Positions 48,549 through 58,587 of a stretch of 64,000 bases of DNA are shown one piece after another. The notes beneath the pieces are model-generated. The model was given only the letters and a program-made list of their open reading frames with translations. It was not told the DNA's origin and did no database searches. The translations under genes were made by a program, and so were the position numbers. Each line of letters starts with the position of its first letter. The first letter of the stretch is position 1. This DNA is from Planctomycetia bacterium (GTDB lineage Bacteria > Planctomycetota > Planctomycetia > Pirellulales > UBA1268): contig JBAXUY010000004.1 of assembly GCA_037129475.1 (NCBI GenBank), forward strand, positions 2,111 to 66,110, read 5' to 3'.

Positions 48549-49690
48549 AGATCGTATGGGCCGGGCCACTACAGTGTGAGGATGCCTTGCTGCATGGCAC
48601 GGCTCCCCACCCGGCAACCATGCGCTGGCAGCGAATGTTTGTAGGCGGCCTGCGCGAGGCGGGCCATCGAGTCCGCTGGATAGGGCATGAGCCCCACCGA
48701 ACCTGGCCATGGGGGCCGCTGCGAGTTCCATCGTCCGGCGACGCACACCATCAGCAAACGCACGCCGAAGGCACACAGATCGCTTACACGAATTTGGGGA
48801 GGCTGAGAACGCACTCGCTCCACAGTGCGTATCTCACCGCAACCCAGAATGCGATTCGAGAAGCCCGGCCAGATGTAATCGTGTCGTACAACGCCGACCG
48901 TTGGATTCAGGGTGTTGCCGCAGCATCGATTGCAGCGACGGTGCCTTGGGTGCCTCTCATTCTGGAATGCCGGGATCCCCTCATCGATGATTGGCGTGAG
49001 TTCAAGCAACAGACTGAGCACGCTCGTGGCGCGGCCTTCATATCCTATTGGGCTTTTGTGAATGCCCCAATTGACCGAAAGCACCTGCTGTCAGCAGCCG
49101 TCGTTCCTCGACAAATCTCTGCACCACGGCCTGCCTCAGTGATTTCACCGATGATTCTGTACGCGGGCGCTCATTCTCGAGACGGAGGAATTGATCGTCT
49201 CGTGGCGGCCGTGCCCCTTCTAAAGACTCCCAATGTTCGGCTGGTGATCACGGGGCAGGGCAAGGGACTCGACCCTCAAATCACCCGTGCATGCGAGACA
49301 ACTCCGGGTGTCGAAGATCTCGGCATGGTGCCGGAGTCACGACTCGTGGAATTAGCAGCGACAGCAACTGTACTCGTGAACCCCAGACCCATCGACTATG
49401 GCGATAATCGAACCAACTTTCCGTCTAAGCTGCTCGATTATTTGTCGTTCAAGCGACCGATCGTGAGTACCCGCACAGCTGGGATCGGCCCGGGGTACGA
49501 GGACCTTGTGCATTTCGCAGCGTCCGATACACCGTTGGACATCGCTACAGCGATCGACGAGGTCTTGGGGCTGAGTGATCAAGAAAGAAGTCTTTGGATG
49601 CAGCGTGTCACCGCTGCTATCGACCGCATGACGCCATCGCAAGCAGCGAGCGACTTAGCTGGGTGGATTGAATCGCTACTCGTAGTTTAA
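48545..49690 (+). CDS. Glycosyltransferase, GT-B fold (GT4-like, divergent)
   Basis: The ATG at 48545 (ATGA overlap) gives MKIVWAGPLQ... The C-terminal half has LYAGAHSRDGGIDRLV...VLVNPRPIDYGDNRTNFPSKLLDYLSFKRPIVSTRTAGI. Confidence 0.75.
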   Translation: MKIVWAGPLQCEDALLHGTAPHPATMRWQRMFVGGLREAGHRVRWIGHEPHRTWPWGPLRVPSSGDAHHQQTHAEGTQIAYTNLGRLRTHSLHSAYLTATQNAIREARPDVIVSYNADRWIQGVAAASIAATVPWVPLILECRDPLIDDWREFKQQTEHARGAAFISYWAFVNAPIDRKHLLSAAVVPRQISAPRPASVISPMILYAGAHSRDGGIDRLVAAVPLLKTPNVRLVITGQGKGLDPQITRACETTPGVEDLGMVPESRLVELAATATVLVNPRPIDYGDNRTNFPSKLLDYLSFKRPIVSTRTAGIGPGYEDLVHFAASDTPLDIATAIDEVLGLSDQERSLWMQRVTAAIDRMTPSQAASDLAGWIESLLVV

Positions 49691-49692
49691 GC

Positions 49693-50394
49693 ATGAGTGC
49701 ATCCGGAATGTCCATTAAACAAGTCATCAAGGATTCGGCGCCGGCTTCGATTCTAAATTGGGTATTGCCGGCCTATCGCGTCATTCGCAGATGGTACGTG
49801 ACTTTGCGTACGCGCATCCGATGCTTGCAATTTACGTCGTATCCGCGACCGATCCGGATTGAACTCGGGCCCGGGATGATTGCACCCCCGCCGGGCTGGC
49901 TCACGTTGGACCTCACTCCATCGGCAACATTTTACTGCGATCTCCGTGCCGCCCTCCCTTTTCCCTCGCAATCGGTCGATGAGATTTACAGTTCGCACGT
50001 CCTCGAGCACTTTACGCTCCCTCAGCTGAAAGCATTGATTGCGGAGTGCCGGCGTGTGCTTACGCCTGGAGGCGTCTTTAACGCTGTAGTGCCAAACGGC
50101 GGAATGTTTATACGGGCCTACTGCGACGCCGAGCTTCGAAAAACGTTAATCGGATGGGTCGGAACGTCTGCGGATTGCCAACTTGGCACACCAATGGATG
50201 TCGTCAACCACATGGCACATCTTGGAGGAGAACATCGATACGTATTTGATGAAGAGAATGTGGTGTCGCTCCTCAAGATGGCCGGACTCGTCGATGTGCG
50301 ACTTCGCGATTTTGATCCGGATCGTGATGTCCACGAGAGACGACACGAGTCGATTTATGTTATCGGATTTAGCCCGAATCCTGGGCAATCATGA
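49693..50394 (+). CDS. Class I SAM-dependent methyltransferase (Methyltransf_11-like)
   Basis: It has SVDEIYSSHVLEHFTLPQLKALIAECRRVLTPGGVFNAVVPN. Confidence 0.85.
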   Translation: MSASGMSIKQVIKDSAPASILNWVLPAYRVIRRWYVTLRTRIRCLQFTSYPRPIRIELGPGMIAPPPGWLTLDLTPSATFYCDLRAALPFPSQSVDEIYSSHVLEHFTLPQLKALIAECRRVLTPGGVFNAVVPNGGMFIRAYCDAELRKTLIGWVGTSADCQLGTPMDVVNHMAHLGGEHRYVFDEENVVSLLKMAGLVDVRLRDFDPDRDVHERRHESIYVIGFSPNPGQS

Positions 50395-51671
50395 GTCGTA
50401 GGATCCTTTACGTTCAGCACGCGGGCAGCCCTGGCGGGTCGGTCGTCAGCCTCCGCTACCTCATAGAGGGCATGATTGCGGCGGGGCATACCGTCGCCGT
50501 TGCGATGGTCGAACCCAACCGCGAGGTGCGGACGCTCTACGAAACCTGCGGAGCGACGGTCTTTGATGCCCCGGAGATTCCACTCTTTCGCCATACCACG
50601 GCCGGCTGGGCCCGGTTCGGGGATCCCCGCGCATGCGTCTATCAGGCTCGAGCCTTCGTCAAGCGATCTGCCGGCATAGCTCGGCTGCGCCAACTCATCG
50701 ATACTTGGAAGCCCGACATCGTGCATCTCAACAGTGTTACGCTGGCGATGGCAGCCAACGGCCTTAGCGGTTGCGGCACGCCCATAGTCTGGCACGTCCG
50801 GGAGTCGCCTGTGCCAGGCTATTGTGGCATGCGGCTGCGGTATCTTCGCGAGTCGCTGCTCCGCGAGGCGGACGAGATCATTTTCCTCTCCGAGTCGGAT
50901 CGGGAAGCCTGGGTTCAGGGCCAGCGCGGGCAGGTCGTCCACAACGTTGTGCCGTTAAGCGAGCAGCCAAGCGAGCGGGCAATCGGTTGGGAACGCGAGC
51001 GATTCGGACTCGATGCTGGAGATCGGGCGGTGGCCTACGTGGGCGGCCTGGCGGAGATAAAAGGCATCTTCCCACTCATCGCGGCCGTGCGTGAACTGCT
51101 GCCCAAGTTTCCAAGATTGCGAATCGTGGCTCCGGGGACAGAACTCCCAGAGCCGCGATCATTGAAGGCAAGGATCGCCCGCACCGTGCTGCCGTCGCTC
51201 GGGCTGGCTCGCGACTACGAGAGGGCCGACAAGGCAATCCGGTCGCCTGAACTAGCGTCGGTCTTTCGCCGATGTCCCTTTGCCCAGCACATTCTGCCGG
51301 TAATCGCGGCCTGCGAGTTTCTCGTTTTCCCTTCAACACGTCCGCATTTCGCCAGGCCTGTGGTCGAGGCAGCGAACGTAGGCCGACCAGCGATAGGCTC
51401 CGACCTTGGCGGGGTCTGCGACTTGATTGAGTCGGGGCGTACGGGCGTTCTTGTTCCCGCTCGTAACCCCAAGGCCTTGGCCGCGGCCATGGAGCAGTTG
51501 CTCTCAGCCCCCGCGAGAACTGCCGCGATGGGCCAAGCTGCTCGCGAACTGGCCCGAGAACGATTCGACGCGGCGGCGCAGGTAAACCGGATTGCTGGCA
51601 TCTATGAGGCTGTGAGCCGACGGGGCGTGCGACCCAACGAAGCGATCAACGAACGGTCTGCCACGGCATGA
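50391..51671 (+). CDS. Glycosyltransferase, GT4
   Basis: It has MSRRILYVQHAGSPGGSVVSL... and PHFARPVVEAANVGRPAIGSDLGGVCDLIESGRTGVLVP. Confidence 0.85.
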   Translation: MSRRILYVQHAGSPGGSVVSLRYLIEGMIAAGHTVAVAMVEPNREVRTLYETCGATVFDAPEIPLFRHTTAGWARFGDPRACVYQARAFVKRSAGIARLRQLIDTWKPDIVHLNSVTLAMAANGLSGCGTPIVWHVRESPVPGYCGMRLRYLRESLLREADEIIFLSESDREAWVQGQRGQVVHNVVPLSEQPSERAIGWERERFGLDAGDRAVAYVGGLAEIKGIFPLIAAVRELLPKFPRLRIVAPGTELPEPRSLKARIARTVLPSLGLARDYERADKAIRSPELASVFRRCPFAQHILPVIAACEFLVFPSTRPHFARPVVEAANVGRPAIGSDLGGVCDLIESGRTGVLVPARNPKALAAAMEQLLSAPARTAAMGQAARELARERFDAAAQVNRIAGIYEAVSRRGVRPNEAINERSATA

Positions 51672-52858
51672 TGGTCGCGGAGAGCGCCTTGCTGCAGCGT
51701 TCCCGCAGGTCGAGCGATGCGATGCGGGCGGTGCATGTCACGGGTGCTACGGGTCGCGAAGGCGCGGGAGTGACGGCGGCCGTCGAGGGTATGGTCGCCG
51801 GACTCGCCACCTGTCCCACGGTCGAACTCTCGCTGGTCGGCATCTGCCCGCCGGGAGAGGCCTGGAATTCACGAGCTGATCTTCGCGCCACGCGTATCCG
51901 CGTCACCTCGCGGCCACCACGCATATTTTCCTATGCGCCGGGGCTACAACGGCTGTTTTCTGAACTTCGCCCATCCATCCTTCATCAACATGGCATCTGG
52001 CAGTACTCCGGGATTGTCGCCGCGCGGCTTCGCGACAGTCTGGGGGTGCCTTTGATAATCAGTCCTCACGGCATGCTGGCACCGCGGGCCATGGCCCACC
52101 ACGCCCCTCGAAAGCGGCTGGCCTGGTGGCTGTACCAGCGGCGGGTCCTCGAGGCGGCAGATGTGTTTCACGTCGCTTCAGAGCGCGAACGCGACGACGT
52201 CCGTGCGCTGGGCCTTCGACAGCCTGTCGCGGTGGTACCCTTCGGCATCGACGTGCCAGACGCCTGCCCGGTGCGAACGAACACCGGCCCGATGACAGCA
52301 CTATTCCTGTCGCGCATCCACCCGATCAAGGGTGTGCTCGATCTCGTCCACGCCTGGGCTCAGGTGCGACCCGCCGGCTGGCGGCTCATGATCGCCGGCC
52401 CCGATGAGTGCGGCCACACGGCTGAAGTTATGGGGGCCATCGGCAAACTCGGGCTTGGCGAGTCGGTGGCCCTCCGCGACGCTTGCTGGGGTGCCGACCG
52501 CGACCGCCTGATGGATACGAGCGACCTATTCGTTCTCCCATCGCATTCGGAAAACTTTGGGCTCATCGTAGCCGAAGCCTGTGCCCGAGGGTTGCCGGTG
52601 CTCACCACCCAGGGCACACCATGGCATTCGATCGTCGACAATGCCTGCGGCTGGTGGGTGCCCGTCGGGATCGAGGGCCTCAGAGCTGGTCTACGGGAAG
52701 CGTGCGGGCTGGATCGTACCACCCTCGAGGCCATGGGCCACCGCGGCTGGAAGATGGTAGCTAGCTCCTACAGTTGGCCCACGGCGATCAGCCGACTGCT
52801 CGGCGTTTACGAATGGCTGCTCGACGGCGGAAGACAGCCCGATTGTGTATGCCTGTAA
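51668..52858 (+). CDS. Glycosyltransferase, GT4
   Basis: It has FLSRIHPIKGVLDLVHAW and ENFGLIVAEACARGLPVLTTQGTPWHSIV. Confidence 0.85.
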   Translation: MMVAESALLQRSRRSSDAMRAVHVTGATGREGAGVTAAVEGMVAGLATCPTVELSLVGICPPGEAWNSRADLRATRIRVTSRPPRIFSYAPGLQRLFSELRPSILHQHGIWQYSGIVAARLRDSLGVPLIISPHGMLAPRAMAHHAPRKRLAWWLYQRRVLEAADVFHVASERERDDVRALGLRQPVAVVPFGIDVPDACPVRTNTGPMTALFLSRIHPIKGVLDLVHAWAQVRPAGWRLMIAGPDECGHTAEVMGAIGKLGLGESVALRDACWGADRDRLMDTSDLFVLPSHSENFGLIVAEACARGLPVLTTQGTPWHSIVDNACGWWVPVGIEGLRAGLREACGLDRTTLEAMGHRGWKMVASSYSWPTAISRLLGVYEWLLDGGRQPDCVCL

Positions 52859-52986
52859 TCCATACAGATCGGAGGTATGCTGCGACCTATTCGTAGAAGG
52901 TTCTCCCCACGGCCGTTCCGCTGACTGCTTCGTATCGCAAGAGCCTGAGCCGCCGAACCATTTTTTGTTGCAGAGAGGACCAAGCA

Positions 52987-53646
52987 ATGACTACTGGCAT
53001 GCCCCCTTCTCAACTCAACATCAACGTTGGGTCGGGCCGTTACCCGATGAAAGGATTCGTCAATCTCGACAACTCGATTTTTTTACGCACGCTACCGCTT
53101 TATCCTCTACTGAAACCCTTCCTGAGTTCCAATCACAAGAAAATTTTCGAGGAATATCGAGCCGCAGTCGCCGGCAACACGTATCAAGTCCACAACTGTA
53201 TTAAGAAGCTGCCGTACGCGGCTGGCTCCGTCAATCACATTCTTTGCTCACATTTTCTCGAGCACGTTTTTCACGACCAGGCGAGAGCGATTCTCAGGGA
53301 TTTTCGACACGTCCTCAGGCCGAACACGGGCACGATTCATCTAATCGTTCCAGACATCCGTTCCCGCGCCGAACGATACGTCCATTCGCAAGACCCACTC
53401 GCTGCCGATGAATTCATCAACTCTACGATTCTGTCATCCCCTCGCCGGCCGAGCCTCCGATACCGCCTGATGGAAATCAATGGCTCCTTTGGACTCGGTC
53501 ATCGTTGGATGTACGACGAAAGCACGCTGTCCAAACTCGTTGAGGAGGCTGGATTCTGTATTCTGGACCGCAATGAGACGCCCTCTCGTTCCTGGCGGGA
53601 CCAGCGGCAGCCAGGCGAAGTAGAACTCGTCGCGCGAGTAAAGTAA
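52987..53646 (+). CDS. Class I SAM-dependent methyltransferase (Methyltransf_11-like)
   Basis: It has LNINVGSGRYPMKGFVNLD and SVNHILCSHFLEHVFHDQARAILRDFRHVLRPNTGTIHLIVPD. The local sequence looks AT-richer than the flanks. Confidence 0.8.
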   Translation: MTTGMPPSQLNINVGSGRYPMKGFVNLDNSIFLRTLPLYPLLKPFLSSNHKKIFEEYRAAVAGNTYQVHNCIKKLPYAAGSVNHILCSHFLEHVFHDQARAILRDFRHVLRPNTGTIHLIVPDIRSRAERYVHSQDPLAADEFINSTILSSPRRPSLRYRLMEINGSFGLGHRWMYDESTLSKLVEEAGFCILDRNETPSRSWRDQRQPGEVELVARVK

Positions 53647-53862
53647 GTAGGAACCGACTTCTTCGTGGGTATCAAGTCCTTCTACCAACGTTTCCCCATC
53701 ACTCGGGATCTGTATCGCCTCTTCAATGTGCTCAATGAGAACTCACCGATATACAGCGATCTTTGGCATTTGCACTGAAAACCGAGGTGCATGCCGCCAT
53801 CACCAGACACGATCCGCGTACGAAAGAGCTGCAAAGCTTGACGCCTTACGAATACTCGGATT

Positions 53863-54190
53863 TATTCCCAAAACGGGGAGGACGGGATTCTGGCAGAGAT
53901 CGTGAGTCGCATCGGAGTTTCCAATCGTATGTTTTTGGAAATCGGCGCCGGGGACGGCGAGCCTCGAGGCTTTAGAAGTGCTCCGGCAAGAGATCGGCTT
54001 TAATCGGGCGAGCTGCGATCTGTCGCGTTCAAATGCTTTTCTCGTGCGCGACAATTTGGTTGTCCCGCAGTTCGCGGCGTCATTACTGCGGAACATCGTT
54101 GTGGGCCATATCGGCCGTGGCTATCAACCGGCCGCTTCCTCAAAGCTCAGTTCCTTGAAGACTGCACGGTCTCGCCGCGTTCATGATTAA
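53863..54190 (+). pseudogene. Decayed methyltransferase gene (FkbM-like YSQNGEDG...EIGAGDG type), split over two frames
   Basis: Frame 1 reads YSQNGEDGILAEIVSRIGVSNRMFLEIGAGDGE and then hits a premature stop at 54001-54003. A second frame ends NAFLVRDNLVVPQF... at 54190. It has no intact start. Confidence 0.45.
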
Positions 54191-54271
54191 TCTGTCAGTA
54201 TCCGAAGGGCATATTGTTCAAATGTCGCGACTTCGAGCAATCTTTTTATCAGCGAACCCTCTGGTGATCTC

Positions 54272-56050
54272 GTGACTGTTATTCTCGGCATCAATTTTCT
54301 TCATGCTGACTCCTCGGCCTGTCTATTCGTAGACGGGCAGCTCACGATGGCCGTGGCGGAGGAGAGGCTCGGTCGCCGGGTGAAGCATGACCCGGCTTTT
54401 CCGGCGGCTGCGATTCGCGCTGTCCTCGACGACGCAGGGCTTGCTCTCAAGGATATCGATAACGTCGCCGTGCCCAGGCGGCCGCGGGCAAACCTGGGGC
54501 CCAAGGTGCGGTACGTTGCGGCCCACCCGCTGTCTGGGTTTCGCGCATACCTCGGCCATCGCCGACGCCGGCGGATGCAAGACGAAGCGCTGAAGACTCA
54601 AGTCGCCCGCGCCTGCGGCTCCGATCCTGGCACGGCGCGATTTGAGACGACGCTCGTCGAGCATCATCTTGCGCATGTCGCCAGCGCCTACTACTGTTCC
54701 CCATTCGAAGGACTTACAGCCGGCTTTTCCTTCGATGGCTCGGGAGACTTCGCAAGCATGATGGCGACGCGCTGCGAGGGGCAGCGTATTGAGGTTCTCG
54801 ACAGGGTGCTGCTGCCACACAGCCTTGGGTTTTTCTACACAGCCATTTGCCAGGCAATCGGGTTCGATCGCTTCGGTGAGGAATATAAGGTGATGGGACT
54901 GGCGGCCTACGGTGAAGACGAGTTTGGCGACCTCATGAAGCGGCTCGTGCAGCTACCCGGAAACGGTTGGTTTCGCCTGGCTCGTGGGCTCTTCGTCATG
55001 CCTGGCACAAGCGGCGCAATGGAGTGCGACGACGCAGGCAAGGTCGAAATCCCACCGCTGTACTCGGAATCCCTGTTAAAGGCGATTGGCGGCAAGCGAC
55101 ATCGCGATGATCCCGTCAGCCACCGGGAAAAGGCCCTGGCCCGATCGTGCCAGGTGCGGTTTGAGGAAGCTTTCATGCACTGTGCGAAGCGCCTTCACCA
55201 GCTTGTGCCCACGGACAAAATCGCGTATGCCGGCGGCTGCGCCCTCAATGGCGTTGCCAACGCCCGACTCCTCCGCGACACGCCCTTCCGTCAGCCCTAC
55301 CTCCAGGCTGCCTCAAGCGACGAAGGCTGCGCGATCGGTGCAGCGCTCTGGACATGGCACAACGTCCTTGGACGCAAGGAACGCTTCCATATGAAGCATG
55401 CCTATTGGGGCCCGCGTCACCCGGAGACCGCCATGAGAAAATCGGCGGAAGCCGCCGGCACACCTTGGCGAACGCTGGAGGCCGATCGGGTCGTGCCGGT
55501 CGTGGCACAGCTGATTCGGCAGGGACTCGTGGTGGGGTGGTACCAGGGCCGAAGCGAATGGGGTCCCAGGGCGCTCGGCAACCGATCAATCCTCGCCGAT
55601 CCGACGCGGCCAGAAATGAAGGATCTTATCAACGCGAAGATCAAGCGCCGCGAGATGTTTCGACCGTTTGCACCCACCGTTCTTCGCCCCTCCGTGTCCA
55701 AGTATTTCGAACAAGACGTCTTCAGCCCGTTCATGATGCACGTCGTCAAAATTCGTCCGGAGTGGCGGGAGAAAATGCCTGCCATCACGCATGTGGACGG
55801 TACCGGCCGACTGCAGAGCATCGAGCGAGAAACGAATCCGCTCTATTACGATCTGATCCAGGAATTCGGCCGGCTTTCGGGCGTCGATATCCTGCTCAAC
55901 ACAAGTTTCAACGAAAATGAGCCGATCGTCGACACCCCCGATCAGGCTCTCGCCTGCTTCCTGCGAACGGGGCTCGATGCCCTCTGCCTTGGCCACGAAC
56001 TACTCGTAAAACCAGAGTTCGTCGACGTGCTCGCCCGAGTCGTTGCCTAA
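54272..56050 (+). CDS. Carbamoyltransferase (NodU/CmcH family)
   Basis: It has a GTG start, ILGINFLHADSSACLFVDGQL, HHLAHVASAYY, YAGGCALNGVAN and LNTSFNENEPIV. Confidence 0.9.
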   Translation: MTVILGINFLHADSSACLFVDGQLTMAVAEERLGRRVKHDPAFPAAAIRAVLDDAGLALKDIDNVAVPRRPRANLGPKVRYVAAHPLSGFRAYLGHRRRRRMQDEALKTQVARACGSDPGTARFETTLVEHHLAHVASAYYCSPFEGLTAGFSFDGSGDFASMMATRCEGQRIEVLDRVLLPHSLGFFYTAICQAIGFDRFGEEYKVMGLAAYGEDEFGDLMKRLVQLPGNGWFRLARGLFVMPGTSGAMECDDAGKVEIPPLYSESLLKAIGGKRHRDDPVSHREKALARSCQVRFEEAFMHCAKRLHQLVPTDKIAYAGGCALNGVANARLLRDTPFRQPYLQAASSDEGCAIGAALWTWHNVLGRKERFHMKHAYWGPRHPETAMRKSAEAAGTPWRTLEADRVVPVVAQLIRQGLVVGWYQGRSEWGPRALGNRSILADPTRPEMKDLINAKIKRREMFRPFAPTVLRPSVSKYFEQDVFSPFMMHVVKIRPEWREKMPAITHVDGTGRLQSIERETNPLYYDLIQEFGRLSGVDILLNTSFNENEPIVDTPDQALACFLRTGLDALCLGHELLVKPEFVDVLARVVA

Positions 56051-56179
56051 TGTGGCTTGTTCCATAGTCCGCTCCCCCCGCGTCGTGATCTGGACTCACC
56101 TCACTGTCAAGATCGTATTGCTGGGAATCGGGCTGGTGGAGCAGTTGCGATCTTGGATTCAAGCCGATGGTGTGGCTCC

Positions 56180-57742
56180 ATGATCGTTCGTAATCTCAAG
56201 GCACTGGATGCATACCAGTGCTCAGGCAAGCAGGCTGTGATCATCGGGGCAGGCACCATCGGCCTCTACTTGGCCAAACTGCTGCTGGAAAAGGGCTTCC
56301 ACGTCACCGTCGTCGAATCAGGCGATACGACGCTTGGATCGTTCTCGGCCGATGGCTTCCGGAATGTTGGTAAAACCCACCATGGGGCCCGCATTGGCCG
56401 GAGCCGGTCGGTCGGCGGCACATCGAACCTGTGGGGCGGTCAACTTGTTGAGTTTTCGCCTGCAGACTTCGGTGGCCGACCATGGCTGGAGAGCTCCACG
56501 TGGCCGATAGGTACCGATGAGTTGACGCCCTATTTTCGGCGAGCCTTCCAGAGGCTCGGCATCGAACCGGCGGTTCAACACGATGCTCCGATCTGGCAGG
56601 AACGGTTGGGCGAAACGCCAGGATTTACCAACGACATCGAGATATTCCTCACGCGGTGGATGAAAACGCCCAGCATGGCGGTCATGTATGCGGACGACAT
56701 CCACGCGAATCCCACACTTGCCGTCCTCGTCGGCCATACGGCCATCGGCTTCCGAGCCCAAGACACACGAATCACGGGCGTCCTCCTCAGGACTCCCGAT
56801 GGCGACACCTCGCACCTTGAAGGCGACGTCGTCATTATCGCCGCCGGCACGATCGAGGCGGTACGGTTGCTCCTGGCGGCGGAGATCGATCGCTCATGGG
56901 CCTGTCCATGGCGAACAAATAAGATGCTCGGCCTGCGGTTCCAGGATCACCTTGGTGGTCGTATCGGCACCCTTACTCCGATCGACAAGCGGCGGATTTT
57001 TCGCATCTTCTCGACCCTCTACTCGAATGGTCACAAATTCCAGCCCAAGCTCAGGGTGACGGAATCGGCCTGCCTGGCAAATCGTCTTCTCGGGGCGCAG
57101 GGCATCATGTGCTTCGAGAGTTCTGCAACGGAGCACCTGGTCTTTCTCAAACAGTTTCTGAAGGCGGCGATCCAAAGCAGGCGACTCTCTGGCATGGGCG
57201 ACTTCTTTCGGCATGCTATCGCATGCGCACGGCATCTTCCACCGCTCATGTGGACCTACATGAAGGAGCACCGAATGTTCGTGCCCTTCGATTCGCAGGT
57301 GGTGCTCAACGTGCAGGCCGAACAGGTGCCAAACGACCGTAGCCGAATCACGGTCGATCCGTCGCGACGGGATTCAATGGGGCTACCCCAAGCCGTGATC
57401 GACTGGCAGGTTACCGGTGAAGAACTGCCGACGATCCTCGATCTGGCCCAGCGGTGCGGCCGCGCCTTGGAGGCCGCTGGCCTGGCCACACTGGCGATCG
57501 AGCCGGATTTGCTGGCTCTGAAGCCATCGTTTCTCGACACGCTGCACGACACCTACCACGCGGCTGGCGGGGCCATCATGGGCGTGGATGACCGCCACGG
57601 CGTGGTAGATCGCGATCTGCGGGTCTTCGGCACGACAAACCTCTATGTCGCGAGCGCGGCGACGTTTCCCACCTCGAGCAGTGCGAACGTGACCTTCACG
57701 GCGCTCGCATTCGCAACCCGGCTTGCGGACCACCTCCAGTGA
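56180..57742 (+). CDS. GMC-family FAD-dependent oxidoreductase
   Basis: The ATG at 56180 gives MIVRNLK..., with VIIGAGTIGLYLAKLLLEKGFHVTVVESG (the FAD GxGxxG motif). The C-terminus has HAAGGAIMG...NLYVASAATFPTSSSANVTFT. Confidence 0.85.
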   Translation: MIVRNLKALDAYQCSGKQAVIIGAGTIGLYLAKLLLEKGFHVTVVESGDTTLGSFSADGFRNVGKTHHGARIGRSRSVGGTSNLWGGQLVEFSPADFGGRPWLESSTWPIGTDELTPYFRRAFQRLGIEPAVQHDAPIWQERLGETPGFTNDIEIFLTRWMKTPSMAVMYADDIHANPTLAVLVGHTAIGFRAQDTRITGVLLRTPDGDTSHLEGDVVIIAAGTIEAVRLLLAAEIDRSWACPWRTNKMLGLRFQDHLGGRIGTLTPIDKRRIFRIFSTLYSNGHKFQPKLRVTESACLANRLLGAQGIMCFESSATEHLVFLKQFLKAAIQSRRLSGMGDFFRHAIACARHLPPLMWTYMKEHRMFVPFDSQVVLNVQAEQVPNDRSRITVDPSRRDSMGLPQAVIDWQVTGEELPTILDLAQRCGRALEAAGLATLAIEPDLLALKPSFLDTLHDTYHAAGGAIMGVDDRHGVVDRDLRVFGTTNLYVASAATFPTSSSANVTFTALAFATRLADHLQ

Positions 57743-58587
57743 CAAGCGTACCACGCTTCACCTTCGAGCCACTCGGCATCACGACGTCACGCGTCGGGCT
57801 TGGCTGCGCTTCCCTCGTGGGTCGGGACTCGTTTCGCGCGGCTGCCCGGCTCGTGGAGACCGCGCTCGACCTCGGCATCCGCTACTTCGACACTGCCCCG
57901 TTGTATGGCATGGGAACGGCGGAGCAGGTACTCGGCGCGGTTGTCGGAAGCGACCCGGATGTGGTCATCGCCACGAAGGTCGGCATCGCTCGCCCACCCT
58001 ACTCCACGCTCAAGGCCGCGGTGAGACGGTATGCGAAGCCCCTGCTCGACCGGTCACGGCCGATAAAGGCGGTTGTTCGCTCACTTTACACACGATCTAC
58101 GCGGAAAACTGACGCCGATCCATCCAAGTCCATGCTCCGCAACCTGTCGGAGGCCGCCGTCCACCGTGAACTCGACGAGAGCCTGCGGCTTCTCAAGCGG
58201 AGCCGAGTCGACGTTTACCTGGCACACGAGCCCTCGGTCCATGACCTCGAAGTGGCGAGGGCCGAGATTTTTCAGAGTCTCGTGGCCGCAGGACGAATCG
58301 GGTGCTTCGGCGCTGCCATAACGGCGCAAAGTGGCCCGTGGCTTCCCTTTGGCAGCGTCTGGCAGTCGGGCTGGGCGGGCCGGCCCGGTAAGGACTATCC
58401 GCAAGGGATCGGCTACATATTCCACGGCATGGTCCGCACGGCGGCCAAGGACCGACTCGGACGGGCCATCGTGGCGCCATCGACACTGCTGCGAACCGCG
58501 ATGGCGGAGGCGCCGCGGGCGCTGTTTCTGGTCGGGGCCTCGACTCCCGAGAAGCTGCGACGCATCCTGGCAGAAGTCGTCGCATGA
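57739..58587 (+). CDS. Aldo/keto reductase family oxidoreductase
   Basis: It starts with a GTGA overlap. Motifs are LGLGCASLVG...AARLVETALDLGIRYFDTAPLYGMGTAEQVLG and VDVYLAHEP. Confidence 0.85.
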   Translation: MTSVPRFTFEPLGITTSRVGLGCASLVGRDSFRAAARLVETALDLGIRYFDTAPLYGMGTAEQVLGAVVGSDPDVVIATKVGIARPPYSTLKAAVRRYAKPLLDRSRPIKAVVRSLYTRSTRKTDADPSKSMLRNLSEAAVHRELDESLRLLKRSRVDVYLAHEPSVHDLEVARAEIFQSLVAAGRIGCFGAAITAQSGPWLPFGSVWQSGWAGRPGKDYPQGIGYIFHGMVRTAAKDRLGRAIVAPSTLLRTAMAEAPRALFLVGASTPEKLRRILAEVVA

